Source: an uncultured Candidatus Saccharibacteria bacterium
GTDB taxonomy: Bacteria; Patescibacteriota; Saccharimonadia; Saccharimonadales; JAGQNJ01
Assembly (NCBI GenBank): GCA_964603625.1
Contig: CAZRVM010000002.1
Coordinates: forward strand, 31,935-63,990
Reading direction: 5' to 3'
Length of the DNA: 32,056 bases
Shown here: positions 16,348 to 24,912 of the stretch, piece after piece
How the letters are laid out: each line of letters opens with the position of its first letter
Numbering within the stretch: the stretch's first letter is position 1
Made by a program: the position numbers and the translations under genes
The notes under the pieces: generated by a model
The model's database searches: none
What the model saw: only the letters and a program-made list of their open reading frames with translations
What the model was told of the DNA's origin: nothing

Positions 16348-18504
16348 ATGGCCAGAAAGAAAAAACATTCTAGAAAATCAGCAACACAAATAGCTGAACA
16401 ATCACCATTTTGGGCAATGGCTGGCGGTATCTTAATGATACTGCTAGCCATTTTTACACTTCTTGGTGGATTTGGTGCTGGCGGACCATTACCTACGGGG
16501 TTATTTAATATAGCTCATTGGTTGTTTGGTTGGGGCGCATATATGGTGCCAGTTGCTTTAATATTCTTTGGTATTTATAAATTTACAAGCGAAGATAATC
16601 GAATTCCACTGGGCAAAAATGTTAGTATGTTGGTTTTCTTAGTAATGTTTTCGGCTTGGCTTCATGTTGCTTTTGTGTCTGGCGATAGAGACATTGGTTT
16701 TAGTGGCGGATTTGGGGGGAATGTGGGAGCTCTTATTGGTAACCTAACTCTTAGTGCCCTAACTAAGATTCCAGCAAGTATAATGCTTTTTGTTTTTGCG
16801 ATGTTGGCTTTCTTTTTTGCCTTTAATATTTCACCAGATATATTGTTAGCAATTGGTAAGTTTTTTAAAGGCCGTGAAGAAGATTCTGATTTGGCAAAAC
16901 TCAAAAAAGATTCTCATTTTGAGATAAAGGGAGACAATCCTGAAGAAGTTATAATTGAGGAACCTCTACCAAAACGAGCAAAAGGCAATTTTAAAAATAC
17001 TGCTAAAGCTTTAACTGTTGAAGAAAATCACGAAGCTTTGACGGCCAAAAGTGATCCAACATGGAAATTTCCAGATTTGAATTTACTTAATCAACAGTAT
17101 AATGCACCTGATGCTGGCGATGTAAAGGGTAGGGCTGATATTATTCGCGAGTCACTAGCTAATTTTAATATTAATGTAGAAATGGAAGGCGCAAACATTG
17201 GTCCAAGAGTAACGCAATACACTTTAAAACCATCAAATGGCGTGAAATTAAGCAAGTTAGCTGGTTACGCAGATAATTTAGCCTATGATTTGGCTGCAAC
17301 AGCTATCAGAATTGAAGCACCAATACCTGGAAAGCAAGCTGTTGGCGTTGAAGTGCCAAATATTAAGGCATCTACAGTACGAATTAGCAGTATTTTTACT
17401 TCTAATGCTTGGAAGACTTCACTAAAACCGTTAACAATTGCTGTTGGTAAGGGTATTTCAGGTAACGCAATTGTTGAAGATTTAAGTGAAATGCCACATC
17501 TATTAGTTGCTGGTCAGACGAAAGCGGGTAAAAGTGTTATGATTAACACCATCCTTACGAGCTTTTTGTTTCGAAACAGTCCTAGTGATCTTAAATTAAT
17601 TTTAGTTGACCCTAAGCGTGTTGAGCTTAAACCTTACGATGGCATACCGCATCTCCTAACACCAGTGATTACTGAGCCTGAGAAATGTGTTAGTGCTCTG
17701 AAATGGACCGTTGCCGAAATGGAGCGTAGATATAGGGCGCTTAGCGAAGAGGGTTTCAGAGACATTGGTGAGTATAATAAGGCAAAGAAAGATGAGGGCA
17801 TGCCCTTTATTGTGGTAGTAATAGATGAACTGGCTGACCTTATGATGATGGCAGCGAGAGATGTCGAGGCATTAATAGTTCGGATTGCTCAAAAAGCTCG
17901 TGCAGTGGGTATTCATCTAATATTGGCGACCCAAGATCCTCGGGCTGAGGTTATCACTGGACTTATAAAAGCTAATGTACCAGCACGTATGGCATTTACT
18001 GTAGCTGCGCAGGTGAATTCTCAAATAATAATTGGTCAAACTGGTGCTGAAAAGCTACTCGGCAAAGGTGATATGCTTTTGTCCACAGCCGACAAACCTA
18101 AGCCTATACGCGTACAGGGCGCATTAATTGAAACTGAAGAAGTTAGAAAACTTTCAAAGTTTTTGCGTGATCAACGCGAGCCTCAATATGATGATGAAGT
18201 AGTTAGTCAGCCAGTACAGTTTAATGGACGAGGTAGTATAGTTTCTGATATGGACTCAACAGACGAGCCGGTTTATAAAGAAGCAGTTAGAGTTGTTATT
18301 GAAGGCGGTAAAGCTAGCACTAGCTACTTACAAATGAGGCTCAAAATTGGCTATTCCAAAGCTGCCAGACTAATGGAGATAATGGAGCAAAATGGAATAA
18401 TTGGCCCATCAAAAGGATCTAAGCCAAGAGATGTTTTGGTGAGTTCATTAGATGATGTTCAGGATGATAATACAACAACAATTGATGTAACAGAAGTTGA
18501 TTAA
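16348..18504 (+). CDS. ftsK: DNA translocase FtsK/SpoIIIE
   Basis: N-terminal TM helices, a linker, a motor domain with Walker A (LLVAGQTKAGKS) and Walker B (VVVIDELADL), and a C-terminal gamma winged-helix (STSYLQMRLKIGYSKAARLMEIMEQNGIIGP). Confidence 0.9.
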   Translation: MARKKKHSRKSATQIAEQSPFWAMAGGILMILLAIFTLLGGFGAGGPLPTGLFNIAHWLFGWGAYMVPVALIFFGIYKFTSEDNRIPLGKNVSMLVFLVMFSAWLHVAFVSGDRDIGFSGGFGGNVGALIGNLTLSALTKIPASIMLFVFAMLAFFFAFNISPDILLAIGKFFKGREEDSDLAKLKKDSHFEIKGDNPEEVIIEEPLPKRAKGNFKNTAKALTVEENHEALTAKSDPTWKFPDLNLLNQQYNAPDAGDVKGRADIIRESLANFNINVEMEGANIGPRVTQYTLKPSNGVKLSKLAGYADNLAYDLAATAIRIEAPIPGKQAVGVEVPNIKASTVRISSIFTSNAWKTSLKPLTIAVGKGISGNAIVEDLSEMPHLLVAGQTKAGKSVMINTILTSFLFRNSPSDLKLILVDPKRVELKPYDGIPHLLTPVITEPEKCVSALKWTVAEMERRYRALSEEGFRDIGEYNKAKKDEGMPFIVVVIDELADLMMMAARDVEALIVRIAQKARAVGIHLILATQDPRAEVITGLIKANVPARMAFTVAAQVNSQIIIGQTGAEKLLGKGDMLLSTADKPKPIRVQGALIETEEVRKLSKFLRDQREPQYDDEVVSQPVQFNGRGSIVSDMDSTDEPVYKEAVRVVIEGGKASTSYLQMRLKIGYSKAARLMEIMEQNGIIGPSKGSKPRDVLVSSLDDVQDDNTTTIDVTEVD

Positions 18505-18574
18505 ATAAATTAACTTGCATTAATTAACAAAATTGCTTACGATTAAGCCAGAAACAAAAACGGTTCAACAAACT

Positions 18575-18616
18575 AAAGAGCCGGTAAGAGTTGTTACTTT
18601 TAACGGCTCTTTTTTT
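18575..18616. terminator. Intrinsic terminator shared by convergent ftsK and the metallopeptidase gene
   Basis: AAAGAGCCG (18575..18583) pairs with CGGCTCTTT (18604..18612). An inner GTAA/TTAC pairing is present. The stem is followed by a T-run to 18616 and preceded by an A-rich stretch, so it could act in both directions. Confidence 0.6.
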
Positions 18617-18617
18617 G

Positions 18618-20078
18618 TTATAAGCCTTTGGACGACTTTAGAGATTGAATTTCTGAACTAGTTGGCCAGGTATTAAATGTGCAACCTTGCAAACTAATTG
18701 ATTGTTGTTGCATAACAGGTGCAGGTTGTCCAGTGCCAGCACAATATCTGTGACCAAAGCCTAACCAGTGACCAGTTTCATGATTGATTACCATAGTTCT
18801 ATAACTATCTAGTGAACCACCTGCACTATTCCATGCGGGGCTGGCCCCTGACCATCTATCGAAATTAATGATTACATTATTTCCAACTCTACAACTCCAG
18901 GTACTATCACAGATTGTTGAACTAAAGCTTGGCACTAAACTTGCCTCGCTTAGCCACGCGGTATAATTGCATCCACTTGTTACAAAAACAAAAGAAACTT
19001 GCCCGCCAACAGACCATCCCTGGCTATCGTCATAAACAGCTTGGAGCTTATTTTTAAATTCACTTATATATGAGTCGCTAACTCCTTTGGTAGCAACACA
19101 ATAACGGTAAGTAATATGTTTTTTTGGAGCATTTTTTAGTGTGATTTTTGATTCTGTTTTTTCGTTAATGGCAGTTTTTATTTTAGTAATTGCTTCTGTT
19201 TTATTTTCTATGTCTATTCTAAATTGTTTGGCTATCTCGTTTAGTTTTTTATCTATTGCTTGAGAGCTTAAAATATAAGTAAAATCTTCTTCAATGTAAA
19301 AGTTTGCAATATCACTTTTGCTGAGCTGTTTTGTTTGATCTTCAAAAGTTAGAGTAATTTTAGTAGCTATACTTTTATTTAAATTATCTGTCAGCTCTGT
19401 TATATTTTTATAATTTTCTGGTGCTGGCACTTCACTAAAAGGAAGATTAATTTCTGTTTTATTTTGTTTAAGTTGATCTAAAATTGCCAAACTGGCGTCT
19501 TCATTATTTATTGAGGTTAGTGGTGTTGCTGGAATAATAATAAATTGCTGGTCTTGAAACTTAATGTGCGATCCACTTGGTGAACTTTCTAGCGCTGGTT
19601 TTAAGGATTCAATTTTTTGATTACTTATTGCTTTGTTTAATTCGTAACTAGCGTTATTATTTTTACTTTTAATAAAATTAACCAGAGGTATTTTGTAACG
19701 ATTTTGTTGGATACCTTTATTAACTTGTTGATAATTTATAGACAATCCAAGTTCTTCAGATTTAACAGTTTGAGCCTTATCTCTAACCTTTAGTGTTATT
19801 TCTTTGGGTAGTTGGATGATGTCTTTTATTTTTCTATCTAAATCTGTAAAAGATACAGATCCGATGGCCTGATTATTGAGTAATGTTTTGGGGTATGTTT
19901 TATTGCTATAGATAATAGTCAGTAAGATATTGGAAATTAATATTGAAGCAAAAACAACTAGAAGAAAAGCAAGAGAAATTTTATTTAAAAATAATTTATT
20001 AAATTTTAGGGAAGCTTTTTTTATAGGAACTTTAATTGAAAACGACATTTTAGATTGTGAACTTCGGCTAGATTTCAT
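18618..20078 (-). CDS. Membrane-anchored zinc metallopeptidase (HExxHxxGxxH), possibly DUF3152-like
   Basis: 486 aa. A basic N-terminus and one TM helix (ISLAFLLVVFASILISNILLTIIY) are followed by a long linker and a Cys-rich C-terminal domain with NHETGHWLGFGH...APVMQQQ. The family name is from memory only. Confidence 0.7.
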   Translation of the reverse strand: MKSSRSSQSKMSFSIKVPIKKASLKFNKLFLNKISLAFLLVVFASILISNILLTIIYSNKTYPKTLLNNQAIGSVSFTDLDRKIKDIIQLPKEITLKVRDKAQTVKSEELGLSINYQQVNKGIQQNRYKIPLVNFIKSKNNNASYELNKAISNQKIESLKPALESSPSGSHIKFQDQQFIIIPATPLTSINNEDASLAILDQLKQNKTEINLPFSEVPAPENYKNITELTDNLNKSIATKITLTFEDQTKQLSKSDIANFYIEEDFTYILSSQAIDKKLNEIAKQFRIDIENKTEAITKIKTAINEKTESKITLKNAPKKHITYRYCVATKGVSDSYISEFKNKLQAVYDDSQGWSVGGQVSFVFVTSGCNYTAWLSEASLVPSFSSTICDSTWSCRVGNNVIINFDRWSGASPAWNSAGGSLDSYRTMVINHETGHWLGFGHRYCAGTGQPAPVMQQQSISLQGCTFNTWPTSSEIQSLKSSKGL

Positions 20079-20084
20079 TAGTCC

Positions 20085-20093
20085 AGTATAACA
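20085..20093 (-). promoter_or_regulatory. Extended -10 (TGtTATACT, reverse strand) 6 nt upstream of the metallopeptidase ATG
   Basis: The reverse complement reads TGtTATACTggactaATG. Confidence 0.4.
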
Positions 20094-20099
20094 AACATT

Positions 20100-20128
20100 T
20101 TGACAAACAGGGGTTGTGTTGGTAAAAT
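20100..20128 (+). promoter_or_regulatory. Near-consensus sigma70-type promoter of the rpsF operon
   Basis: TTGACA (20100..20105), a 17-nt spacer, then TAAAAT (20123..20128). It sits back-to-back with the divergent metallopeptidase promoter. Confidence 0.55.
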
Positions 20129-20148
20129 AAATTAGTAATATTAACTTT

Positions 20149-20179
20149 TTGTTCGTAACATCTTTTGGTATACGGGCAA
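20149..20179 (+). promoter_or_regulatory. Hairpin in the ~95-nt rpsF leader
   Basis: TTGTTCGTAAC (20149..20159) pairs with GGTATACGGGCAA (20167..20179). That gives 11 pairs including two G-U, with one bulged A. Confidence 0.35.
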
Positions 20180-20229
20180 GCTAAGATAAATAATTATTTG
20201 TTTTAGCAACCAAAGAAAGGAGACGGTTT

Positions 20230-20601
20230 TTGAATAAGTATGAATTAGCTATACTGTATCACCCAGATTTAGAGGTAGATCTAGACAAAGGTGAGCAACG
20301 CATTAAGAAAATTATTCAAGATAATAAAGGTAAGATTCTTAGTACAGATAACTGGGGTAGAAAAAAGTTAGCCTATTCAATTAATAAACTAAACTTTGCA
20401 GTTTATGTTTTTTATACTATTGAACTTATGCCAGAAAGTATTGCTAAAGTTGAGTCTTTGCTCAACATTACAGATGAAGTAATGCGATATTTAATTGTTA
20501 AGTTAGACGATAAAGAGCAAGCTAAAATTGAATCTGCTAAAAGCGATTTAAAAAATAAGCAAACTCAAGCTAGTGAAGACATTAAAAAAGCTAGTGCTTG
20601 A
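20230..20601 (+). CDS. rpsF: 30S ribosomal protein S6
   Basis: TTG start preceded by aaaggaga. NKYELAILYHPDLE...WGRKKLAYSI is a canonical S6. Confidence 0.9.
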   Translation: MNKYELAILYHPDLEVDLDKGEQRIKKIIQDNKGKILSTDNWGRKKLAYSINKLNFAVYVFYTIELMPESIAKVESLLNITDEVMRYLIVKLDDKEQAKIESAKSDLKNKQTQASEDIKKASA

Positions 20602-20640
20602 AGTTGATTGAATAGAGTAGTGTAAAAAGGAGGTGAGATT

Positions 20641-21105
20641 GTGGCAAAAGGTTTTAACAAAGTAATTTTAATGGGAAACTTAACAAGAGACCCGGAGGTT
20701 AGAACAACTCCAAATGGACAAAGTGTAGCCAATTTTTCATTAGCTGTAAATCGTAGCTGGAAAGGCTCAGATGGTAATCAGCAAGAATCAGTTAGTTATA
20801 TTGATTGTGTTGCATGGGGTCGTACAGGCGAAGTTATAGCGCAGTACATGCAAAAAGGTCGTCCAATTTTAGTTTCTGGTCGGCTTGATCAACGGGCTTG
20901 GGAACAAGACGGGCAAAAGCGTAGCAAAGTGGAAGTTGTGGTAGAAGATTTCAATTTTGTGGGTGGCGGTTCTGGAAGTGGAGATTTTGGTGGAAGTAAT
21001 AGGAATGCAAATTCTACTGATGATCCTAACAAAAAGACAGATGAAGTAGAGGTTGAAGACATCAAGGAAGATGAAGCTATCAATTTAGACGACATCCCAT
21101 TTTAA
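20641..21105 (+). CDS. ssb: Single-stranded DNA-binding protein
   Basis: GTG start after AGGAGG. OB-fold N-terminus (NKVILMGNLTRDPEVRTTPNG), a Gly-rich linker and the acidic tip DDIPF. Confidence 0.92.
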   Translation: MAKGFNKVILMGNLTRDPEVRTTPNGQSVANFSLAVNRSWKGSDGNQQESVSYIDCVAWGRTGEVIAQYMQKGRPILVSGRLDQRAWEQDGQKRSKVEVVVEDFNFVGGGSGSGDFGGSNRNANSTDDPNKKTDEVEVEDIKEDEAINLDDIPF

Positions 21106-21112
21106 GTATGTT

Positions 21113-21349
21113 ATGCAATATTACGCTGGTTTTCCATGTAATATCTCAGGTATTCATTTACTTACTAAGCAATTAATGCTGTATGTATTGCCTGTTCTAA
21201 CTTTGATTATTGGTAGAATAATATATAAAAGAGTAGGTCCTAAATTACGAATAATTTTACCTGCACTAACAATATTTTTAGCTTTTGCAGTTTTTGGTTG
21301 GGTGTGGCTTGCAGTTCTTCCTTGGGGATGTGACCCTCTGGGATTTTAA
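21113..21349 (+). CDS. Hypothetical small membrane protein between ssb and rpsR
   Basis: 78 aa with two hydrophobic helices. It fills the ssb-rpsR gap almost exactly. No SD. Confidence 0.4.
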   Translation: MQYYAGFPCNISGIHLLTKQLMLYVLPVLTLIIGRIIYKRVGPKLRIILPALTIFLAFAVFGWVWLAVLPWGCDPLGF

Positions 21350-21369
21350 TAAAAGAAAGGAATTAGTTT

Positions 21370-21573
21370 ATGGCAAAGATTTTTAGAAAAAGAGACGAAG
21401 TAGCATTTTTTGACTACAAAGATTTTAAGACATTACAACGGTATGTTAATGTGTATGGTCAAATTGAGAGTCGTAAGAAAACTGGCTTAACCGAAAGCCA
21501 GCAACGCCATTTGGCAAGAGCTATCAAGCGAGCTCGTCACTTAGCATTACTTCCATTTGTAGCAAATAACTAA
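21370..21573 (+). CDS. rpsR: 30S ribosomal protein S18
   Basis: FFDYKDFKTLQRYVNVYGQIESRKKTGL...QRHLARAIKRARHLALLP is a canonical S18. SD aaagga lies upstream. Confidence 0.9.
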   Translation: MAKIFRKRDEVAFFDYKDFKTLQRYVNVYGQIESRKKTGLTESQQRHLARAIKRARHLALLPFVANN

Positions 21574-21580
21574 TAAAACT

Positions 21581-21904
21581 ATGGACTTAAATAGTTTTAA
21601 AAATAAAATAGTTACAATTCAGCCAAAAAACTTGAATATTTTTGGAACTGGTTCTCCAGGTATCGTTGGTTCATCTGTTGCAGGGCGGGGCGGTAGTACA
21701 GAAGCAGATGTTATACTGAGTCTTAATCGGTTAGTGTATGATTTACTTGACGGTTTAAAATCAGGTAAAAAAATTAATGAAATATCTCAAGCAAAAGAAC
21801 TAGTTATTGCTGAGTTAAAGAATTGTAGGGTTATGAATTTAATTGACGATAATCAATTAGATGAATTGATGGTTGATTTAAGTAAGATTGGAGAAGATTC
21901 TTAA
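21581..21904 (+). CDS. Hypothetical protein translationally coupled to efp
   Basis: 107 aa. The stop overlaps the efp ATG (TAATG). No family recognised. Confidence 0.5.
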   Translation: MDLNSFKNKIVTIQPKNLNIFGTGSPGIVGSSVAGRGGSTEADVILSLNRLVYDLLDGLKSGKKINEISQAKELVIAELKNCRVMNLIDDNQLDELMVDLSKIGEDS

Positions 21905-22470
21905 TGGCGTTTGGAATTACAGATTTAAAAAAAGGTACTTTGTTTCAGTTTAACGGCGAGCCATTTAAGGTTGTTGAGTATTCGCAAAAAGTTATGGGTA
22001 GAGGCGGCTCAATTGTTAATGTAAGAATTAAAAGTCTAATTGACGGTAAAGTTTTAGAGAAGACTTTTAAGGGCAACGAACAGCTTGAACCAGCAGAAGT
22101 TACGAATAAAAATGTGCAATATTTATATAACGATGGCACGAATTTCTTTTTTATGGAAGACGAGTCTTATGAGCAGTTTGAAGTTATGCAAGATTTAATT
22201 GGCGACCAAGCTGGATATTTGAAAGAAGGTGATAAAGTTATTGTTCAGCTTTTTGATGGCCGAGTTATTAATGTAGAATTGCCAAAAAATGTATATCTTA
22301 AAGTTACCTATACCGAAGATGTGGTTAAGGGTGATACTACATCAAATGTCCAAAAAGATGCAGAACTTGAAACAGGCATAAAGGTAAAAGTACCGGCTTT
22401 TATTAAGGTTGGTGATGTAATTAGTGTAGACACAGCAACAAATGCTTATAGGGAGAGAAAGAAGGACTAA
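21904..22470 (+). CDS. efp: Elongation factor P
   Basis: 188 aa with typical EF-P organisation. The tip loop is KVMGRGGSIV, with Arg at the position of E. coli Lys34. Confidence 0.92.
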   Translation: MAFGITDLKKGTLFQFNGEPFKVVEYSQKVMGRGGSIVNVRIKSLIDGKVLEKTFKGNEQLEPAEVTNKNVQYLYNDGTNFFFMEDESYEQFEVMQDLIGDQAGYLKEGDKVIVQLFDGRVINVELPKNVYLKVTYTEDVVKGDTTSNVQKDAELETGIKVKVPAFIKVGDVISVDTATNAYRERKKD

Positions 22471-22472
22471 CA

Positions 22473-23207
22473 TTGTCAAAAATTCGACTAGTTAATTTAT
22501 TAGTTAATAAAAAATTAGTGGAGACGCGTAGTCAGGCAGAAAATTTAATAGCATTAGGCGAAGTTTTAGTGAATAAAAAAGTAATTAAAAAGTTTGACTA
22601 TTTTGTTAGTGAGACTTCTGAAATTAGCATAACTGCAAACGAGCATTATGTTTCTAGAGCGGGTTTAAAGTTGGCATCTATTGCCCAAGAATTTAAATTA
22701 AATTTTAAAGACAAAATTGTTTTGGATGTTGGGTCTTCAACAGGAGGTTTTACTGATTTTGCAATTCAAAATGGGGCAAGGAAAGTAATAGCAGTTGAAA
22801 TGGGGACTAATCAATTACACCCAAGCCTGCGAAATAATGATAAAATTCAATTATATGAACGAACTGATATTCGTGATTTTGTTCAGAGCCATACCATAAA
22901 AAGTTTAAATATTGATGTAGTTTTAATTGATGTTTCGTTTGTATCATTAAAGGAAATTTTACCTCATATTTTGCTTGTCTGTAACGACACTACATTAATG
23001 GTTGCAATGTTTAAACCACAATTTGAAGTTGGCTCAAATGCTAAACACAAAGGTGTCATAAAAAATGAAAAATTAAGAAGAGAAATAATTAAAGATTTTG
23101 AAGTTTGGCTAAAAAGATTTTTTAAATTAATTGATAAATCTGATAGTAAAATTTCTGGAGCTAAAGGCAATTTAGAGCGATTTTATTTATTAAAAACAAT
23201 CAGTTAA
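22473..23207 (+). CDS. tlyA: TlyA-family rRNA 2'-O-methyltransferase
   Basis: TTG start, an S4-like N-terminus (RLVNLLVNKKLVETRSQAENLIALGEVLVN), and the SAM-binding motif VLDVGSSTGGFTDFA. Confidence 0.85.
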   Translation: MSKIRLVNLLVNKKLVETRSQAENLIALGEVLVNKKVIKKFDYFVSETSEISITANEHYVSRAGLKLASIAQEFKLNFKDKIVLDVGSSTGGFTDFAIQNGARKVIAVEMGTNQLHPSLRNNDKIQLYERTDIRDFVQSHTIKSLNIDVVLIDVSFVSLKEILPHILLVCNDTTLMVAMFKPQFEVGSNAKHKGVIKNEKLRREIIKDFEVWLKRFFKLIDKSDSKISGAKGNLERFYLLKTIS

Positions 23208-23227
23208 AATTTAAATAGCTTTTAAGT

Positions 23228-24124
23228 ATGACGAGCAATAATTTTATATATAAGAGTCAAAAAACTAAATGTCGTTTTAGCAAACGAAAATATTACCTGA
23301 GCTTTCTTTTTGTAGTTTTAGTTGTGATTTTTTTATATTTTAACTTAAGAGATAAACGTCAAAATCTAAATAATAATCAACAGCAAAATCATGAAAATAC
23401 AATTCAAACAAAAACTAAAATAGAATCACAACCTCAGGATCAGCAGAAAAAGATAGATCTACAACCAGTGATTGACAGTTTCACTAGTAGAAATCCTGGA
23501 AATTATGGGATTGAAATTATAGATACAAATGGTAATAAACTTGCGGAAGAAAATCCTGATAAACAGTTTTTTACAGCAAGTATTTATAAGTTATTTGTAG
23601 CCTATGTTGGTTATCAGCGCATAGATGACAAAACTTTTAGCAAAGATGACTCGTACTTAACAGGCTATACTAGAGGTCAATGTTTAGATGCCATGATAAG
23701 AGATTCTTACAGCCCTTGTGCAGAAAAAATGTGGAACGAGCTCGGTAAAGATAAGCTAACTTCAATTATGCAAGACTATGGGTTGAAGAATACGAGTTTA
23801 ACAGGTTTGAATACTTCGGCTAGTGATACAGCAATTATTCTGCGTAAAATTGCAAATGGAGAAGGATTAAGCGCAGAATCTCAACAAGCGTTTTTAAGCT
23901 CTATGGATGAACAAGAGGCAAAGTATCGCAGGGGTTTACCGGCTGGGTTTAGTAAACTTAAAGTTTACAATAAAGTTGGCTGGGACGAAGATAGACTATG
24001 GCATGATGCCTCTATCGTTCAGCTAGAAAATGGTCAAAAAATAATAGTATGCGTTTTTACAACTGGTTTAAACTCTAGTATTGTGGCAAAACTAGGTGGC
24101 GAAATAGAGAAAACTTTAGAGTAG
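23228..24124 (+). CDS. Membrane-anchored serine hydrolase of the class A beta-lactamase-like fold
   Basis: An N-terminal TM helix and a Q/N-rich linker are followed by a domain with an SxxK motif (FTASIYKLF). Its length and layout resemble COG2367-type proteins. The other class A motifs are not clearly conserved. Confidence 0.6.
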   Translation: MTSNNFIYKSQKTKCRFSKRKYYLSFLFVVLVVIFLYFNLRDKRQNLNNNQQQNHENTIQTKTKIESQPQDQQKKIDLQPVIDSFTSRNPGNYGIEIIDTNGNKLAEENPDKQFFTASIYKLFVAYVGYQRIDDKTFSKDDSYLTGYTRGQCLDAMIRDSYSPCAEKMWNELGKDKLTSIMQDYGLKNTSLTGLNTSASDTAIILRKIANGEGLSAESQQAFLSSMDEQEAKYRRGLPAGFSKLKVYNKVGWDEDRLWHDASIVQLENGQKIIVCVFTTGLNSSIVAKLGGEIEKTLE

Positions 24125-24763
24125 TTTTTTTAGCCCTTCTTTGTCTAATATGGTTATGGTGCCTTGTGATAATAATATTAATTTTCTGCGTTCCAAAATA
24201 CCTAATTCTCGGCTTGTTGTTTCTCGGCTGGCATTTATTGAGCTTGCAATATCTTGTTGTATTAGCGGAACATCTACAAGGGTACCATTATCAATAGTTT
24301 TCCCAAATCTTAGCGACATAGTTAGGATAAAAGACGCAAGCCTAGTTCTAACACTTCTATATTCTAAATTTAAAACCCTTTCTGATTGTATGCGGTATTG
24401 ATTAATAACTAGGTCTATAAATGGGTACATCGATTCGGGTTTATCTTTTAAATGTTGAATAAATGTTTCTCTGGTTAATCTGTAAACTTTTGTTGGTTTT
24501 AGAGCTTGATAAATTATGCTTCTGCCTTTACCCGTTACTGCCCAAATAAGTGGAAAAATTTCATTAGGTTTTCTAAAAATTAATAGATTTTCTTCGCCGT
24601 ATTTACTTATATTAAATGCTTTTACTAAACCTTCTTCTATGTAGTATACAAAGTTTGGAGATTCGCCTGGACGAATTATGTATTCATTTTTTTTATAATT
24701 TAGCTCTGTGCCTAGTTTGAATAAGTTTAAGAATACTTGTAATTGGCTGTCATCGCTTAACAT
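24116..24763 (-). CDS. Crp/Fnr-family transcriptional regulator
   Basis: An N-terminal cNMP-binding-like beta-roll (IIRPGESPNFVYYIEEGLVK) and a C-terminal HTH (IQQDIASSINASRETTSRELGILERRKLI). The 3' end overlaps the upstream convergent gene by 9 nt. Confidence 0.85.
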   Translation of the reverse strand: MLSDDSQLQVFLNLFKLGTELNYKKNEYIIRPGESPNFVYYIEEGLVKAFNISKYGEENLLIFRKPNEIFPLIWAVTGKGRSIIYQALKPTKVYRLTRETFIQHLKDKPESMYPFIDLVINQYRIQSERVLNLEYRSVRTRLASFILTMSLRFGKTIDNGTLVDVPLIQQDIASSINASRETTSRELGILERRKLILLSQGTITILDKEGLKKLL

Positions 24764-24769
24764 AGATTA

Positions 24770-24778
24770 ATTATTACA
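24770..24778 (-). promoter_or_regulatory. Candidate extended -10 (TGtAATAAT, reverse strand) 6 nt upstream of the crp-family ATG
   Basis: The reverse complement reads gTGtAATAATtaatctATG. Confidence 0.3.
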
Positions 24779-24822
24779 CAAAAACAAAAGGTGTAAACTG
24801 TAAATTTAGCTGAGAAATTTTG

Positions 24823-24838
24823 TGTGATTTATATCTCA
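24823..24838. promoter_or_regulatory. CRP-like operator TGTGA-N6-TCTCA
   Basis: TGTGAtttataTCTCA has one mismatch to TGTGA-N6-TCACA. It lies in the divergent region between the crp-family gene and the PH-domain gene. Confidence 0.4.
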
Positions 24839-24912
24839 TAGTTTGTGTGCTAAAGCTAACTGCAATCTACCAAGTAAAGTGACAAGATTATAAGTAGGAA
24901 GGAGGGGAAAAG

